Positions 1-9,991 of a DNA stretch of 34,006 nt are shown piece by piece. A program made the translations under genes and the position numbers. Origin of the DNA: Candidatus Dojkabacteria bacterium (GTDB taxonomy: Bacteria > Patescibacteriota > Dojkabacteria > J137). Position 1 is the first letter of the stretch; each line of letters starts with the position of its first letter. The stretch is from the NCBI GenBank assembly GCA_025999215.1, contig AP024679.1, positions 1 through 34,006 of the forward strand, written 5' to 3'. The notes under the pieces are model-generated. The model did not search any database and was not told the DNA's origin. It saw only the letters and a program-made list of their open reading frames with translations.

Positions 1-432
1 CCGCCCATGAAATTTGAAGCAGGCACTCCACCCGTGGCAGAAGCTTATGCATTAGGTTTTGCAACTGAATATATTCAAAGGATTGGTTTCAAAAACATTT
101 CAGAAATAGAACAAAACCTAAGAAAAGAATTAATTTTACAACTTAGAGAAATTGATGAGATTAAAATTTACCATCCACCATTAGAATATGAAGCGGGAGC
201 TAGCATAAGTTTTTCTATTCAAAATATTCACCCTCATGATGCAGCTTACTTTTTAGGAAAGGAAAACATTTGTGTAAGAGCAGGACATCATTGCACTCAA
301 ATACTTCATAGAGAAATTTTGAAAGTACCTGCAACGCTCAGAGTTAGCTTTGGACTTTACAATGACTTAAATGATGTAAAAAAGTTCATTAGTAAGCTCA
401 AAGAAGCAATCAAATTTTTCTCGAAAAATTAA
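1..432 (+). CDS. sufS: Cysteine desulfurase (SufS/CsdA, class V aminotransferase), C-terminal fragment; 5' end lies outside the window
   Basis: The frame is open from base 1. The blocks FEAGTPP, IHPHDAAYFL, VRAGHHCTQ and ATLRVSFGLYN match the conserved SufS C-terminus, including the active-site Cys in HHC. Confidence 0.85.
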   Translation, partial: PPMKFEAGTPPVAEAYALGFATEYIQRIGFKNISEIEQNLRKELILQLREIDEIKIYHPPLEYEAGASISFSIQNIHPHDAAYFLGKENICVRAGHHCTQILHREILKVPATLRVSFGLYNDLNDVKKFISKLKEAIKFFSKN

Positions 433-1713
433 CTAGTATTGACTCAAATGCCAGTAAGCTGTTTTAAAACCTTGATTGCTACAAGCTGCATTTTCGCAAA
501 TTATAATGTAATTAGCTCCATATTTATCAACTCCTTTATACAAATAACCATCATGAGCAGCATAAACAGGAGCATTCCACGGTGATGCCGCAACATCTAT
601 ACCGTAATGAAAATCACACTCATAACGTCCACCAAAATAAAAACATCTGTTGCCATAAGCGCTTGTAAAAATACCACCACTCAATGGCCACTGAAGAGAG
701 CTTCCCCAACCACAGCCAGCAACTACCCCCGATGGTAAATAGTTACATGGATTATCATTAACACCATTGTAATAAACTTCGAAATGAAGATGAGGTCCAG
801 TTGAAAAACCAGTACTACCTTGCCTTCCTATCATGGTTCCCGCCACAACATAGGTGCCTTCTTGAAAAGGGGTAAAGTTATTTAAAATTTCTTGCCTAGC
901 TTTTTCTGCTTCTGCACGTTTTTTAATTTCTTCTTCTTCTAGCACCGCAAATACTGCTTGATTTTGCTGATTAGTTAAATTTAGCGTATTAATTTGAGCA
1001 TAATAAACAGCCATTTGAGCTTCTACTTCTGATTGTTTTTTTACAAGATCTTCCTTTTTAATTTCTATACTTGCTTTACTTTTTTGAACTTCAAGAAGTT
1101 TTAATTCCAGTTCTTGTTTTTTGATTTTTAATTCTTGTTTGAGTCTTGCTAATTCTGTAAGCAGTTTATTTGTATCTTTCTGAATGATTGATTTGTATTG
1201 TGAAGATTTAAAATAATCATTGATGTTATCAAGATTTAAAATATTATCTGAACCACTTAAACCATCGCCATATAAACGAAAACCCATGTAACTTTCCTTC
1301 AATCTTTCATTAGTCTCCGATTCAAGATTTGCTACATCTTTTTCTGTTTGATCAATTTCTTTGAGTTTTTTGTTTATTTCTTCTTGGAGAATTTCTATTT
1401 GAACTTCAAGCTGATCAATTTCTAAGTTTAATTTGTCAACCTCTTTATCTAAAATTGATATTTCACCATAAAGTTTCGAAAGTTCAGAGCTATATCCTGC
1501 TATAAGATAATTATTGTTGTCAATTTGAGATTGAATTTGGTTTTGTTCTTCTTCTAATTTTTTAATTTCTTCTTCAAGTTTTTTTAATTGTTCCTCCAAA
1601 GTTTCACTAGCATTAATTTCTGGAGCAAAAAAATTAAAAGGATAAACTACCAAAAATAATGAAATAAATGACAAAACATAGGTAACAATTTTTACTTTTT
1701 TGAAAGCTTTCAT
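433..1713 (-). CDS. Secreted M23 (LytM-type) metallopeptidase with N-terminal signal anchor and long coiled coil (EnvC-like architecture); catalytic halves in permuted order
   Basis: N-terminal hydrophobic helix. About 250 aa of heptad-like E/K/Q/L-rich sequence follows. M23 motifs GSTGFSTGPHLHFEV, FHYGIDVA and YWHLS are present. Confidence 0.85.
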   Translation of the reverse strand: MKAFKKVKIVTYVLSFISLFLVVYPFNFFAPEINASETLEEQLKKLEEEIKKLEEEQNQIQSQIDNNNYLIAGYSSELSKLYGEISILDKEVDKLNLEIDQLEVQIEILQEEINKKLKEIDQTEKDVANLESETNERLKESYMGFRLYGDGLSGSDNILNLDNINDYFKSSQYKSIIQKDTNKLLTELARLKQELKIKKQELELKLLEVQKSKASIEIKKEDLVKKQSEVEAQMAVYYAQINTLNLTNQQNQAVFAVLEEEEIKKRAEAEKARQEILNNFTPFQEGTYVVAGTMIGRQGSTGFSTGPHLHFEVYYNGVNDNPCNYLPSGVVAGCGWGSSLQWPLSGGIFTSAYGNRCFYFGGRYECDFHYGIDVAASPWNAPVYAAHDGYLYKGVDKYGANYIIICENAACSNQGFKTAYWHLSQY

Positions 1714-1762
1714 TATTTCATTCTACAATATTTTTTGTGAGAATATCAATATGGTGTTAATT

Positions 1763-2356
1763 CTATTTAATTAAATCTTCATGCCTACCTATCAGTAAAA
1801 CATTATCTTGAATCATTATATTATTTATGAATTGATCTCCTCTCCTTTTTCTAAGTTTAAATTCATTCTCTTCTATAACTGTGTAATTGATTTCCCTTCC
1901 AATCTCATCTTCATGATGATGAATTATCTTTTGTAATTCTCTCAAATTAATTTTACCTACAACGAAGAGATCTATTATTTGATCACCAAAGTACATACCT
2001 CTTGTGAATGCTGGAGTTAGCAGAGCAAAAGCTACATCACCTAATTTATCTTGCATCTCAATAATCTCTCCACCCAAACCATATGATTTATGAAAAAATG
2101 ACATAAGCTCATTTATGAAAGGGTGTGATAGATTAAGTTTGAAATATAATCTGTTTCCCTTTGTGTCCGAAGTTATTAACTGAACTTTTTCTAACCTTGA
2201 AAATTCTCGTCTCACTGCGTTTATTTCCTCTTCGAAAGCGCGCACTGCCCCCCTCAAATGTATTTCTCGTGATGGATTAAGCATGAAAAATTTCAATGCT
2301 TTAATTCGCACTTTTGAAACAAACAAAGATTCCAGTGTTAAATTTTGTAAACTCAT
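1763..2356 (-). CDS. Putative winged-helix DNA-binding protein / transcriptional regulator
   Basis: N-terminal VRIKALKFFMLNPSREIHLRGAVRAFEEEINAVRREFSRLEKVQLI resembles ArsR/wHTH recognition regions. The C-terminal half was not recognised. Confidence 0.4.
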   Translation of the reverse strand: MSLQNLTLESLFVSKVRIKALKFFMLNPSREIHLRGAVRAFEEEINAVRREFSRLEKVQLITSDTKGNRLYFKLNLSHPFINELMSFFHKSYGLGGEIIEMQDKLGDVAFALLTPAFTRGMYFGDQIIDLFVVGKINLRELQKIIHHHEDEIGREINYTVIEENEFKLRKRRGDQFINNIMIQDNVLLIGRHEDLIK

Positions 2357-2409
2357 ATTTCAATCAAAAACTTAACTCATTTTATCACTAATGCTTTTTT
2401 TATAAAACA

Positions 2410-3450
2410 TTATTTTTCTACGCTTTCAACTTTTTGAGTTCTACTCAATCCAGATTTTTCTTTTACCTTTTCCCAAATTTCTTTGAGCAACTTTTTGTCT
2501 GTTTCTAAAACCTCTTTAACACTGTCTCTACCTTGACCTAAATTTTCACCATTGTATTTAAACCAAGACCCTGCCTTCTCAATCACTTCATAACTTATTG
2601 CGGCATCTAAAAGACTTGAAATTTTATCTATGCCTTTGCCGTAGTACATTTCAAAAGTAGCTTCTCTAAATGGCGGTGCAACCTTATTTTTAACTACCTT
2701 TACTCTAACTACGCTTCCAATAATTTCATCACCTTGTTGAATTTTTTCCCTAACCCTAATATCCATTCTTACAGAAGAATAAAATTTTAATGCATTACCA
2801 CCAGTAGTAGTTTCAGGATTGCCAAACATTACACCAATCTTCATTCTAAGCTGATTTAAAAAAATTACAGTTGTATTTGTTTTTCCAGCAATTCCAGTGA
2901 TTTTTCGTAACGCCTGACTCATTAATCTTGCTTGTAGCCCCATGTGAGAATCGCCCATATCTCCTTCTATTTCTGCTCTTGGAGTAAGTGCTGCTACAGA
3001 GTCTACAACAATTACATCCACTGCCCCTGATCTCACTAATGTTTCTAAAATTTCAAGCGCTTGTTCTCCAAAATCAGGTTGAGAAACTAATAAATCTTTT
3101 ATATTAACTCCTATTTGCTCTGCATACTTGGAGTCAAAAGCATGCTCAGCATCAATAAAAGCTGCCACTCCTCCTTCTTTTTGAGCTTCAGCTATTATGT
3201 GCAACGCAAGAGTTGTTTTTCCTGAAGACTCTGGACCATAAATCTCTATAATCCTACCCTTTGGAACTCCACCTGCGCCTAAAGCAATATCCAAAGATAT
3301 TGCTCCTGTTGGAATAACATCAATGTTTTTAACTTTTGTATCTTCTAGAGTCATTATAGACCCTTCTCCAAATTGCTTTGTAATTTGCTGAATAGCCATA
3401 TTAATAGCTTCTTTTTTGGGGTTATTTTCTTTTTTAGCTTTAGCAGACAT
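2410..3450 (-). CDS. recA: Recombinase RecA
   Basis: Walker [31 protein letters not shown], and the L2 region [26 protein letters not shown]. Full length. Confidence 0.97.
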   Translation of the reverse strand: MSAKAKKENNPKKEAINMAIQQITKQFGEGSIMTLEDTKVKNIDVIPTGAISLDIALGAGGVPKGRIIEIYGPESSGKTTLALHIIAEAQKEGGVAAFIDAEHAFDSKYAEQIGVNIKDLLVSQPDFGEQALEILETLVRSGAVDVIVVDSVAALTPRAEIEGDMGDSHMGLQARLMSQALRKITGIAGKTNTTVIFLNQLRMKIGVMFGNPETTTGGNALKFYSSVRMDIRVREKIQQGDEIIGSVVRVKVVKNKVAPPFREATFEMYYGKGIDKISSLLDAAISYEVIEKAGSWFKYNGENLGQGRDSVKEVLETDKKLLKEIWEKVKEKSGLSRTQKVESVEK

Positions 3451-3566
3451 AGTATAAAATTTTTAATAAATTAATCTTTTTATCAAGTTTAGAATAATGT
3501 ACTTTAATTCTATTGTCAAAATTATAATTCAATATAGTACTACTTACTTTGTACAATGATACAAAA

Positions 3567-4091
3567 TTATTGAACAATTTTAATTATTACTTCGACAGGA
3601 AAATTTATTTTTTCCTCGGAAGAAATTTCTAATACAAAATCTCTCTTTGACTGAGGTTGAACAGTAATTTTTCTTTGATTATTACCTAAAATAGGTGAAG
3701 TTAAAATTATTCTATCAATACTATCAACCAATTCAATTCTCAAATATTTTTCAAGGTTTTTTGGATACTGCGCTTCAACTCTAACTGTACCCTTTGATTT
3801 TGTAAAATTTGTAAACGATACAAAATCAAAACTTTTAAGTGAATCTAAGCTATCAAATTTAAAAGTGAAAGTATTATCAAACTCTTCATATTTTATTTCT
3901 GGAGGAATATGTATTAATGTACCAATAACAGAATTTGTTGGTTCATTTTGATCTGTAACAGCTCCTGCTACGGCACCATTGTTTCCAACAATAGCTGGAT
4001 TAAGAGCAACAACACTAGCAACACTTATTGTACTTAAAACAAATAACCCCATGATACCCACCAAATTGTCTAAAAATAAAGCTTTACTCAT
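3567..4091 (-). CDS. Hypothetical secreted/membrane-anchored protein
   Basis: N-terminal hydrophobic segment LVGIMGLFVLSTISVASVVAL, then a beta-rich sequence. No recognisable family. Confidence 0.5.
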   Translation of the reverse strand: MSKALFLDNLVGIMGLFVLSTISVASVVALNPAIVGNNGAVAGAVTDQNEPTNSVIGTLIHIPPEIKYEEFDNTFTFKFDSLDSLKSFDFVSFTNFTKSKGTVRVEAQYPKNLEKYLRIELVDSIDRIILTSPILGNNQRKITVQPQSKRDFVLEISSEEKINFPVEVIIKIVQ

Positions 4092-4135
4092 TAATAAATA
4101 CTACTATATTTTTGCTAAATTGTACACAAATTTTT

Positions 4136-5569
4136 TTAGGAAAGTTTTGATTTAAGTAGTTTTTCAGTAATTCCTGGGTTAGCTTTACCGCGAGAAATTT
4201 TCATTACTTGACCTACCAAAAATTTTATAGCGTTTGGATTTTTGGCTACATCTGCTACAACTTTAGGGTTTTCTTTTATTACTTGATCAACCCATTTTTC
4301 AATTTCTTCCTCACTATTAATTTGTATTAAACTTCTTGATTCAATTATTTGTTTAGCATCACCACCTTTTTCAATAATTTCTTCAAAAACTTGTTTTGCT
4401 ACTGTACGGGTAATTTTATTATTTAAAACTAATTCTACAATGTATGAAATATCACTTACACTCACTTGAATCTCAGTAATACTCTTACCTTTGCTCTCTG
4501 CCAAGCCAACAAGTTCTGATGTAATCCAATTTACTCCTTCCTGTACTAAAGCTGGGTTCCATTTTATATTTTCTCCAAACTTATCAAATAGTTCTCCTAA
4601 ATTTTGATTTTCCACTAAGACTTCTGCTCGTTCGTTAGAAATTCCTAAGTTAACATATCTTTGCTTTCTTTTTGTAGGCAATTCTGGGAGAGTTTTTGCT
4701 ATATTTTCTACGTGATCTCTTGTTATTCTTATTGGAGGTATATCTGGCTCTGGAAAATATCTATAATCATCTGATGTTTCTTTTATTCTTTGCAAAACAG
4801 TTTCTCCAGACATATTTTTTAAACCTCTGGTTTGTTGTGGAATTTTTTCACCTTTGTTCAATAGTTTTTTTTGCCTTTCTATTTCTAAACGAGCAACATT
4901 TTCTAAAACATTTATAGAGCCAATATTTTTTACCTCGACTCTGTAATCTGGAAGTTTTGTGCTTGATGGATCTTGTTTGACACTAATGTTCAATTCAAAA
5001 CGCATTTGTCCTTTTTGCATTTCTGCGTCTGATACATCAACGTACCTAACAATTTGCCTTAACCGCTTTCCAAAAATCACTAATTCCTCAATAGATTCAA
5101 AATCAGGTTCTGTAACTATCTCTATCAATGGAACCCCTGATTTATTGAAGTCTATTAAAGTCTCTCCGTCCTGAGAATGTATGGATTTTGCTGTGTCTTC
5201 TTCTAATAAAACTTTTTTTATTCTTATTCTTCTTGAGTCATCGTTAATTTCTATTTCAACATATCCATTTTGTCCAATCGGATTATCAAATTGCGTGATC
5301 TGATAGCCTTTTGGTAGGTCAGGATAAAAATAATTTTTTCTATCAAATTGTGCAATGTTAGTAACTTCACAATTTAAAGCTAAAGCTAGGGCAATGGTTT
5401 TATTAAAGGCTAGTTCGTTTGGTATAGGTAATGCTCCAGGCATTCCCATACATACGGGACAAACATTAATATTTGGGGACTTACCAAAATAATCCGCAGA
5501 ACATCGACAAAACATTTTAGATTTTGTCTTGACTTGCAAGTGAACTTCTAAACCAATTACTGGAACCAT
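4136..5569 (-). CDS. gatB: Asp-tRNA(Asn)/Glu-tRNA(Gln) amidotransferase subunit B
   Basis: VIGLEVHLQVKTKSKMFCRC, CPVCMGMPGALP, KNYFYPDLPKGYQITQ, and the C-terminal YqeY/GatB tail FLVGQVMK. Confidence 0.95.
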   Translation of the reverse strand: MVPVIGLEVHLQVKTKSKMFCRCSADYFGKSPNINVCPVCMGMPGALPIPNELAFNKTIALALALNCEVTNIAQFDRKNYFYPDLPKGYQITQFDNPIGQNGYVEIEINDDSRRIRIKKVLLEEDTAKSIHSQDGETLIDFNKSGVPLIEIVTEPDFESIEELVIFGKRLRQIVRYVDVSDAEMQKGQMRFELNISVKQDPSSTKLPDYRVEVKNIGSINVLENVARLEIERQKKLLNKGEKIPQQTRGLKNMSGETVLQRIKETSDDYRYFPEPDIPPIRITRDHVENIAKTLPELPTKRKQRYVNLGISNERAEVLVENQNLGELFDKFGENIKWNPALVQEGVNWITSELVGLAESKGKSITEIQVSVSDISYIVELVLNNKITRTVAKQVFEEIIEKGGDAKQIIESRSLIQINSEEEIEKWVDQVIKENPKVVADVAKNPNAIKFLVGQVMKISRGKANPGITEKLLKSKLS

Positions 5570-5585
5570 TTGTATGATTTTTAAA

Positions 5586-6095
5586 TTATTTTTGAATTAA
5601 CCGTAAGACTTTATACTTCACTTCTCTATTTGGCAACTCAACCGTTACAACATCTCCTACCTTTGCATTATTTAAAGCTTTACCCACAGGAGAATCAATT
5701 GAAATTTTTCCTTCTTCCGGAGAAGCAGAAAGCGTTTCCTCTGCACCCACCAAGGTTATAGTTCTTTTTTGATTTGTGTCAACATTTTCAATTTCAACAG
5801 TGTTACCCACCCTAACAACGTTTGAGTTTGAGCTTGTAGTAACGATTTTCGCCTTTCTAAGCATTTCTTTAATGTCTGTGATTCTGTTTTCGTTTAGTTC
5901 TTTCTTTTCCATTGCTGATTGGTACGGAAAATTTTCAGACAAATCTCCAAGCTCTCGCGCTTTAGCAATTTCTGAGGCAATCTCTCGTCTAATTATAGTT
6001 TCTCGCTCCTCTAGTTCTCGCTTTAGCTCATCATAAGCTTCTTGAGTCATCTCAATAATGTCTTCGCTTTGTTGTTTAGTGTTTTTTCTAGGCAT
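5586..6095 (-). CDS. greA: Transcription elongation factor GreA (with a short N-terminal extension)
   Basis: Coiled-coil N-domain with ARELGDLSENFPYQSAMEK, and C-domain SIDSPVGKALNNAKVGDVV. Confidence 0.9.
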   Translation of the reverse strand: MPRKNTKQQSEDIIEMTQEAYDELKRELEERETIIRREIASEIAKARELGDLSENFPYQSAMEKKELNENRITDIKEMLRKAKIVTTSSNSNVVRVGNTVEIENVDTNQKRTITLVGAEETLSASPEEGKISIDSPVGKALNNAKVGDVVTVELPNREVKYKVLRLIQK

Positions 6096-6146
6096 AATTA
6101 ATTTGTAAAGTCTAATATACTTTATCCCAATGATTCTATCACAATA

Positions 6147-9100
6147 CTAATTTTTTGCCAACTCTAATTCATAGATTTTATCTCTTGGAAGCTCATTTGT
6201 AAATATGAAAGAATTCCTGCTTTTTATAAGCTCAGGGGAAATTAAAACATTTCTATATGCTTCATCAAATATAAATTCTGCATCAACTCTAACATTTTGT
6301 CCAAAAATTGAAGGTAGTAAAAAATTATATTTGATATTACCATCAATCTCATCACCAATGAAATTTAAATTCCAACTGATTTCAAATGGGTTGCTGTTCA
6401 CAACATTTATTATTCTACACTGTTTTCCATTTATATTTAAACTTTTAAAATTTTGCCCTGTAGATAATTTCAGTTTAACATCTGATGCAATTGACGAATT
6501 TGGTACGCAAACCACCCAATCTTGGGAAGCAAAATTCAAATTTGGAGAAAAACTAACATCAAAAGTTGCAGTGCCATCGGCACTAACTATATACTTTAAG
6601 CTATATTCAGAATTTTTAAAATTGTCACCTATGACTCTCAAAGGATCGTTGGTATTTACAAATACTTCAAAAAACTGTAACACTTCTTTTCTTTGTGAAT
6701 TATCAAAATTTTTCATGGATATAAACTTTGCTGTATTGTTATTCTCAAAATGAGCGTATACATTACCATTATTTGAGTTATCACTAAAAAATTCTACAGC
6801 TTTAAAAAAATTATTATTTAAATTTTTTGAAAATTCATGGATAGTCAAAGCAAATTCTTGAGATACAAGCTGATTTTTGGTTTGTAAGTTTGATGCTCTA
6901 AATTTACCCATTAAATCTTCTTCTTTATTGAAAATTTTATTATGAAACTCTGAAAAATCCTCAAGTGGAATAATAACTACTCCATCAACATCCACGTTAT
7001 AAATATCTGAAAACAAGGCTTTTGCATGAAATGAGAAATTATCCAAATCTCCAATAGTTGCCAATTCTTCAAAAGTAAATTGATTTTTATCAATTGGAGC
7101 AAACCTAAACTTATTGACGTCTTCAATCAAAACATCATTCAAATTCTCTTGATTAAACTCAATATCTTGAGGTGTTTTCACATCAATGAAGCTAATACTT
7201 CCATTTTGCATTGTCACTACTCCTACACTAGAAATTTCGCCGCCAATTGAGCGAGGAATCGAATCATCCACTATGAAAATAGCTATAGTTGTAGGTTTGT
7301 TGACTCCTAACAAATCAACAATATATTGATAATTTTTGAAATTTAGAATCGAGTTTGAGTAACTAATTAGCTCTAAATCGACTTCACTTAATTTTTTATC
7401 TAAACCAGTTATTAAAGTTTTTCGTGGAATTGGCATCTTGGTTGTTACATTCTGAATTTTTTGAGCTCCAGACTCTACAAAAGGTATTCTACTTTCAAAT
7501 TCCAAAATCTCATCTTCATAATTTACTCCCTCATTTAACAATGAAATATAAATGTCTGAAGAGAGACGCTGTTGAGTATTATCATCATAATCTTCAAGAT
7601 AATTTTGTAAAGGTTCCATAAAGTAAGCTACTTCGTTTAAAGCTTTGGAATATTCTTGATAAATCTTCACTGTATTGATATATGAATCAACATAACTATC
7701 TAGCGCAATCAACTTGGTATAGGGTTTAATAAAACTCATTGCTTCTTCCATTTTTTGTAAATTTTGATTTATTTCGTTAGTCTCTTCATAAACGACTTCA
7801 AAATTATTTTGGTTAAAGCCAATTTTAAGCTCTTCATAATTTTTAGATAAACTGAAAGCTTCCTTGATAAGTAAAATTGTGGGCGCAACAACCCAAACAT
7901 ATGTTATAAAAAAAATCATTAAAAAAATTAAAAGCCCAAAAACTTCAGCAGGACTTAATTTTTTAAGCAATGTAAAAATCTCTCCTAAACTTCTATACTG
8001 CTTCCAGAATTGATTTTGAAGTTTTTCTTTCAGAGTTCTGGGTTTAGATGACCTTTTTTTCTTGGTTATGGCGTGAGCAAGTTCAAGCCGTCTTTTTTTA
8101 AGTTCTTCTTGTCTCTGCCGTTCTGCAATCAACCTTGAAAGCGCACTATCAGGTTCAGTCTCATTACTTCCTGATATAACCTTTTGCAATTTGGAAACTA
8201 TTCCGTGCCCTTCACGCTTAACCTGATGACCAGCTATAAAAACCTTTGCTGCAAGTAATGACTGATGAACAGCCTTATCAAATGGAATTTTTGGTTTCCA
8301 ACCAATCACTTGCAAATTTGGTGCTGGTTTATAAGGTGCCAAATGTGGCAAATTATCCTTTTCGTCTACAAATATGATTTCTGCAGGATAATCAACATAC
8401 TCTTGAATTTTGTAAGCAATAGAAAGATGAGTAATTGGATTATCATAACTAACCGAAAAAATTTGTCCAGTGGTATCTTTTGAAAATTGAGCTTTAATTA
8501 TTCCATATGATGCATCAAGAGTGTGAACATACCATTCTGCTTCAAGCCCGTCTTTGTATAATTTCAAAGGCATTTCATGCGCTGCAGAAACTATTAATTC
8601 TGTAAAGGCGGTTCTAACAGAAAAATCTGTATGCTCACCGATCATTTCTCCCAATCTTACAATACGAGTATCTAAACCTTTTTTGTCGTGATATTCTTGA
8701 GTTAAATTTTCGGAATATCTCTGTAGCTCCATTTCAGAATATGCTGAGTTAAAGGAAGATTTTAATTTAAAATGCAAATCTTCAATTGAAAGCAATAATT
8801 GTTGCGCTTTGATTGATGTAGTTAGTAAAAATTTTGCATTGAAAGCATGTGCCAAAGATAAAACTGAATCTAGAGTGTTAGATGCCTGCAAAAATTCGTG
8901 AGTTGTAATTTGTGATAATAAATCTTTAGATTCGTGATTAAAATAAAAAACATAATCCAACCTTCTAATATCTTCCGATAAGTGAGGAACTGAAGAATAA
9001 TCTAAAAAACTCACTAGAGTATCCTTTGGAAAAACTTTTAATTTTTCTAAATTTTGAGGTGTGAAAGTATCAATTAAGATCACATACCCACCTTGCTCAA

Positions 9101-9209
9101 TCAAAACATCTGCCAATTCAAAGCCTAGTGCTGAAACTCCGCCAACAATTATGGATGTTGGATATTTAATTGTATTTTTTAATTTAAATTGATCAGGTAT
9201 TTGTTTCAT
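6147..9209 (-). CDS. Large membrane protein: N-terminal NAD-dependent epimerase/dehydratase-like domain (degenerate motifs), K/R-rich linker, one TM helix, C-terminal about 570-aa extracytoplasmic DUF4012-like domain
   Basis: Epimerase-like blocks IIVGGVSALGFELADVL, RIVRLGEMIGEH, PLKLYKDGLEAEWYVHTLDASYGI and VIGWKPKIPFDKAV. TM helix FGLLIFLMIFFITYVWVVAPTILLI. The IPRSIGGEISSVGVVTMQNGSI region resembles DUF4012 from memory only. Confidence 0.6.
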   Translation of the reverse strand: MKQIPDQFKLKNTIKYPTSIIVGGVSALGFELADVLIEQGGYVILIDTFTPQNLEKLKVFPKDTLVSFLDYSSVPHLSEDIRRLDYVFYFNHESKDLLSQITTHEFLQASNTLDSVLSLAHAFNAKFLLTTSIKAQQLLLSIEDLHFKLKSSFNSAYSEMELQRYSENLTQEYHDKKGLDTRIVRLGEMIGEHTDFSVRTAFTELIVSAAHEMPLKLYKDGLEAEWYVHTLDASYGIIKAQFSKDTTGQIFSVSYDNPITHLSIAYKIQEYVDYPAEIIFVDEKDNLPHLAPYKPAPNLQVIGWKPKIPFDKAVHQSLLAAKVFIAGHQVKREGHGIVSKLQKVISGSNETEPDSALSRLIAERQRQEELKKRRLELAHAITKKKRSSKPRTLKEKLQNQFWKQYRSLGEIFTLLKKLSPAEVFGLLIFLMIFFITYVWVVAPTILLIKEAFSLSKNYEELKIGFNQNNFEVVYEETNEINQNLQKMEEAMSFIKPYTKLIALDSYVDSYINTVKIYQEYSKALNEVAYFMEPLQNYLEDYDDNTQQRLSSDIYISLLNEGVNYEDEILEFESRIPFVESGAQKIQNVTTKMPIPRKTLITGLDKKLSEVDLELISYSNSILNFKNYQYIVDLLGVNKPTTIAIFIVDDSIPRSIGGEISSVGVVTMQNGSISFIDVKTPQDIEFNQENLNDVLIEDVNKFRFAPIDKNQFTFEELATIGDLDNFSFHAKALFSDIYNVDVDGVVIIPLEDFSEFHNKIFNKEEDLMGKFRASNLQTKNQLVSQEFALTIHEFSKNLNNNFFKAVEFFSDNSNNGNVYAHFENNNTAKFISMKNFDNSQRKEVLQFFEVFVNTNDPLRVIGDNFKNSEYSLKYIVSADGTATFDVSFSPNLNFASQDWVVCVPNSSIASDVKLKLSTGQNFKSLNINGKQCRIINVVNSNPFEISWNLNFIGDEIDGNIKYNFLLPSIFGQNVRVDAEFIFDEAYRNVLISPELIKSRNSFIFTNELPRDKIYELELAKN

Positions 9210-9889
9210 ATTTCTTCAAGAATTATTGGTTGTTGCAATAACTGAACTTCTACTAAAATGTTGTATTTTTTTAATTTATCCCTATCTTCTTGTGATTCTG
9301 GTAAAAGTGTAAATGTAAATGTTTCATAACCCACTTTTGAAACTGACATGGTATGCTGTTGGTTTAAACTTATATATTCTTTGAAAGTAGTTGCGTTGAT
9401 TGACTGCATTGGAATATCATCTAAACTTACAAAAGCGTCTTCAACGTTTAACCTAACTGTTAGTTCTGTTCTTTCATCTTCCGAATCTTTTTCAACAGCA
9501 TATATTATGTTCCCTTCAGAAAATTTTTCATTTGGTCCCAAATTATAAGCAATAACCACAGCGGTCTCTGGAGTAAAAGTTATTAATTTATTTAACCTCC
9601 AATACTCGTTAGTTAAATTTTTTCTTCTTAAAGAAACCAAATGTTCCCCAGCAGATACAGAATCTATTATTAAAGGAGATGTTTCTGTATCTACCGCTCC
9701 CACATTTTCTCCATCAATAAAAACTTCTAATTCTCCACTCAAAGAACTAACATAGAGACTCGAAATTTCTTTTTTTTGCTCAACTCCAAAAAAAGTATTT
9801 AAATCTATTGATGCACCTACCCAAGGTGACCATAGGCCCAAAATAACACAAAAAGATGCAATAAAGACAATTACAATAAAACTTCTCAT
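9206..9889 (-). CDS. PEGA-domain-like secreted protein, 4-nt ATGA overlap with the downstream giant gene
   Basis: Signal-like N-terminus IVIVFIASFCVILGL. VFIDGENVG...SAGEHLVSLRR and HTMSVSKVGYETFTFTL resemble PEGA repeats. Confidence 0.55.
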   Translation of the reverse strand: MRSFIVIVFIASFCVILGLWSPWVGASIDLNTFFGVEQKKEISSLYVSSLSGELEVFIDGENVGAVDTETSPLIIDSVSAGEHLVSLRRKNLTNEYWRLNKLITFTPETAVVIAYNLGPNEKFSEGNIIYAVEKDSEDERTELTVRLNVEDAFVSLDDIPMQSINATTFKEYISLNQQHTMSVSKVGYETFTFTLLPESQEDRDKLKKYNILVEVQLLQQPIILEEI

Positions 9890-9991
9890 AATCTTTGATA
9901 AACTAATACATTCTACTACAAATTTACTCTTTCTTAAACAAAAGTTGGCTAAGTTAGTTATTTTATTTCATTTATTTTAATATTTTAAATT

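Noticed and set aside
3451-3566. SOS (LexA) box upstream of recA
   Set aside because: There is no CTGT-N8-ACAG or GAAC-N4-GTTC type palindrome, only imperfect AT-rich symmetry that is expected by chance.
4696-5174. Two plus-strand ORFs (73 and 71 aa) inside gatB
   Set aside because: They lie antisense to a strongly conserved gene. Their products are low-complexity and F/L-rich, which is typical shadow-frame output in AT-rich DNA.
5776-6036. Plus-strand 86-aa ORF inside greA
   Set aside because: Antisense shadow of greA, with Ser/Phe-rich low complexity and no start context.
6205-8483. Plus-strand ORFs 6205..6753, 7424..7621 and 8265..8483
   Set aside because: All are antisense to the uninterrupted 1020-aa gene, which has recognisable domain homology. 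No motifs were recognised in the antisense products.
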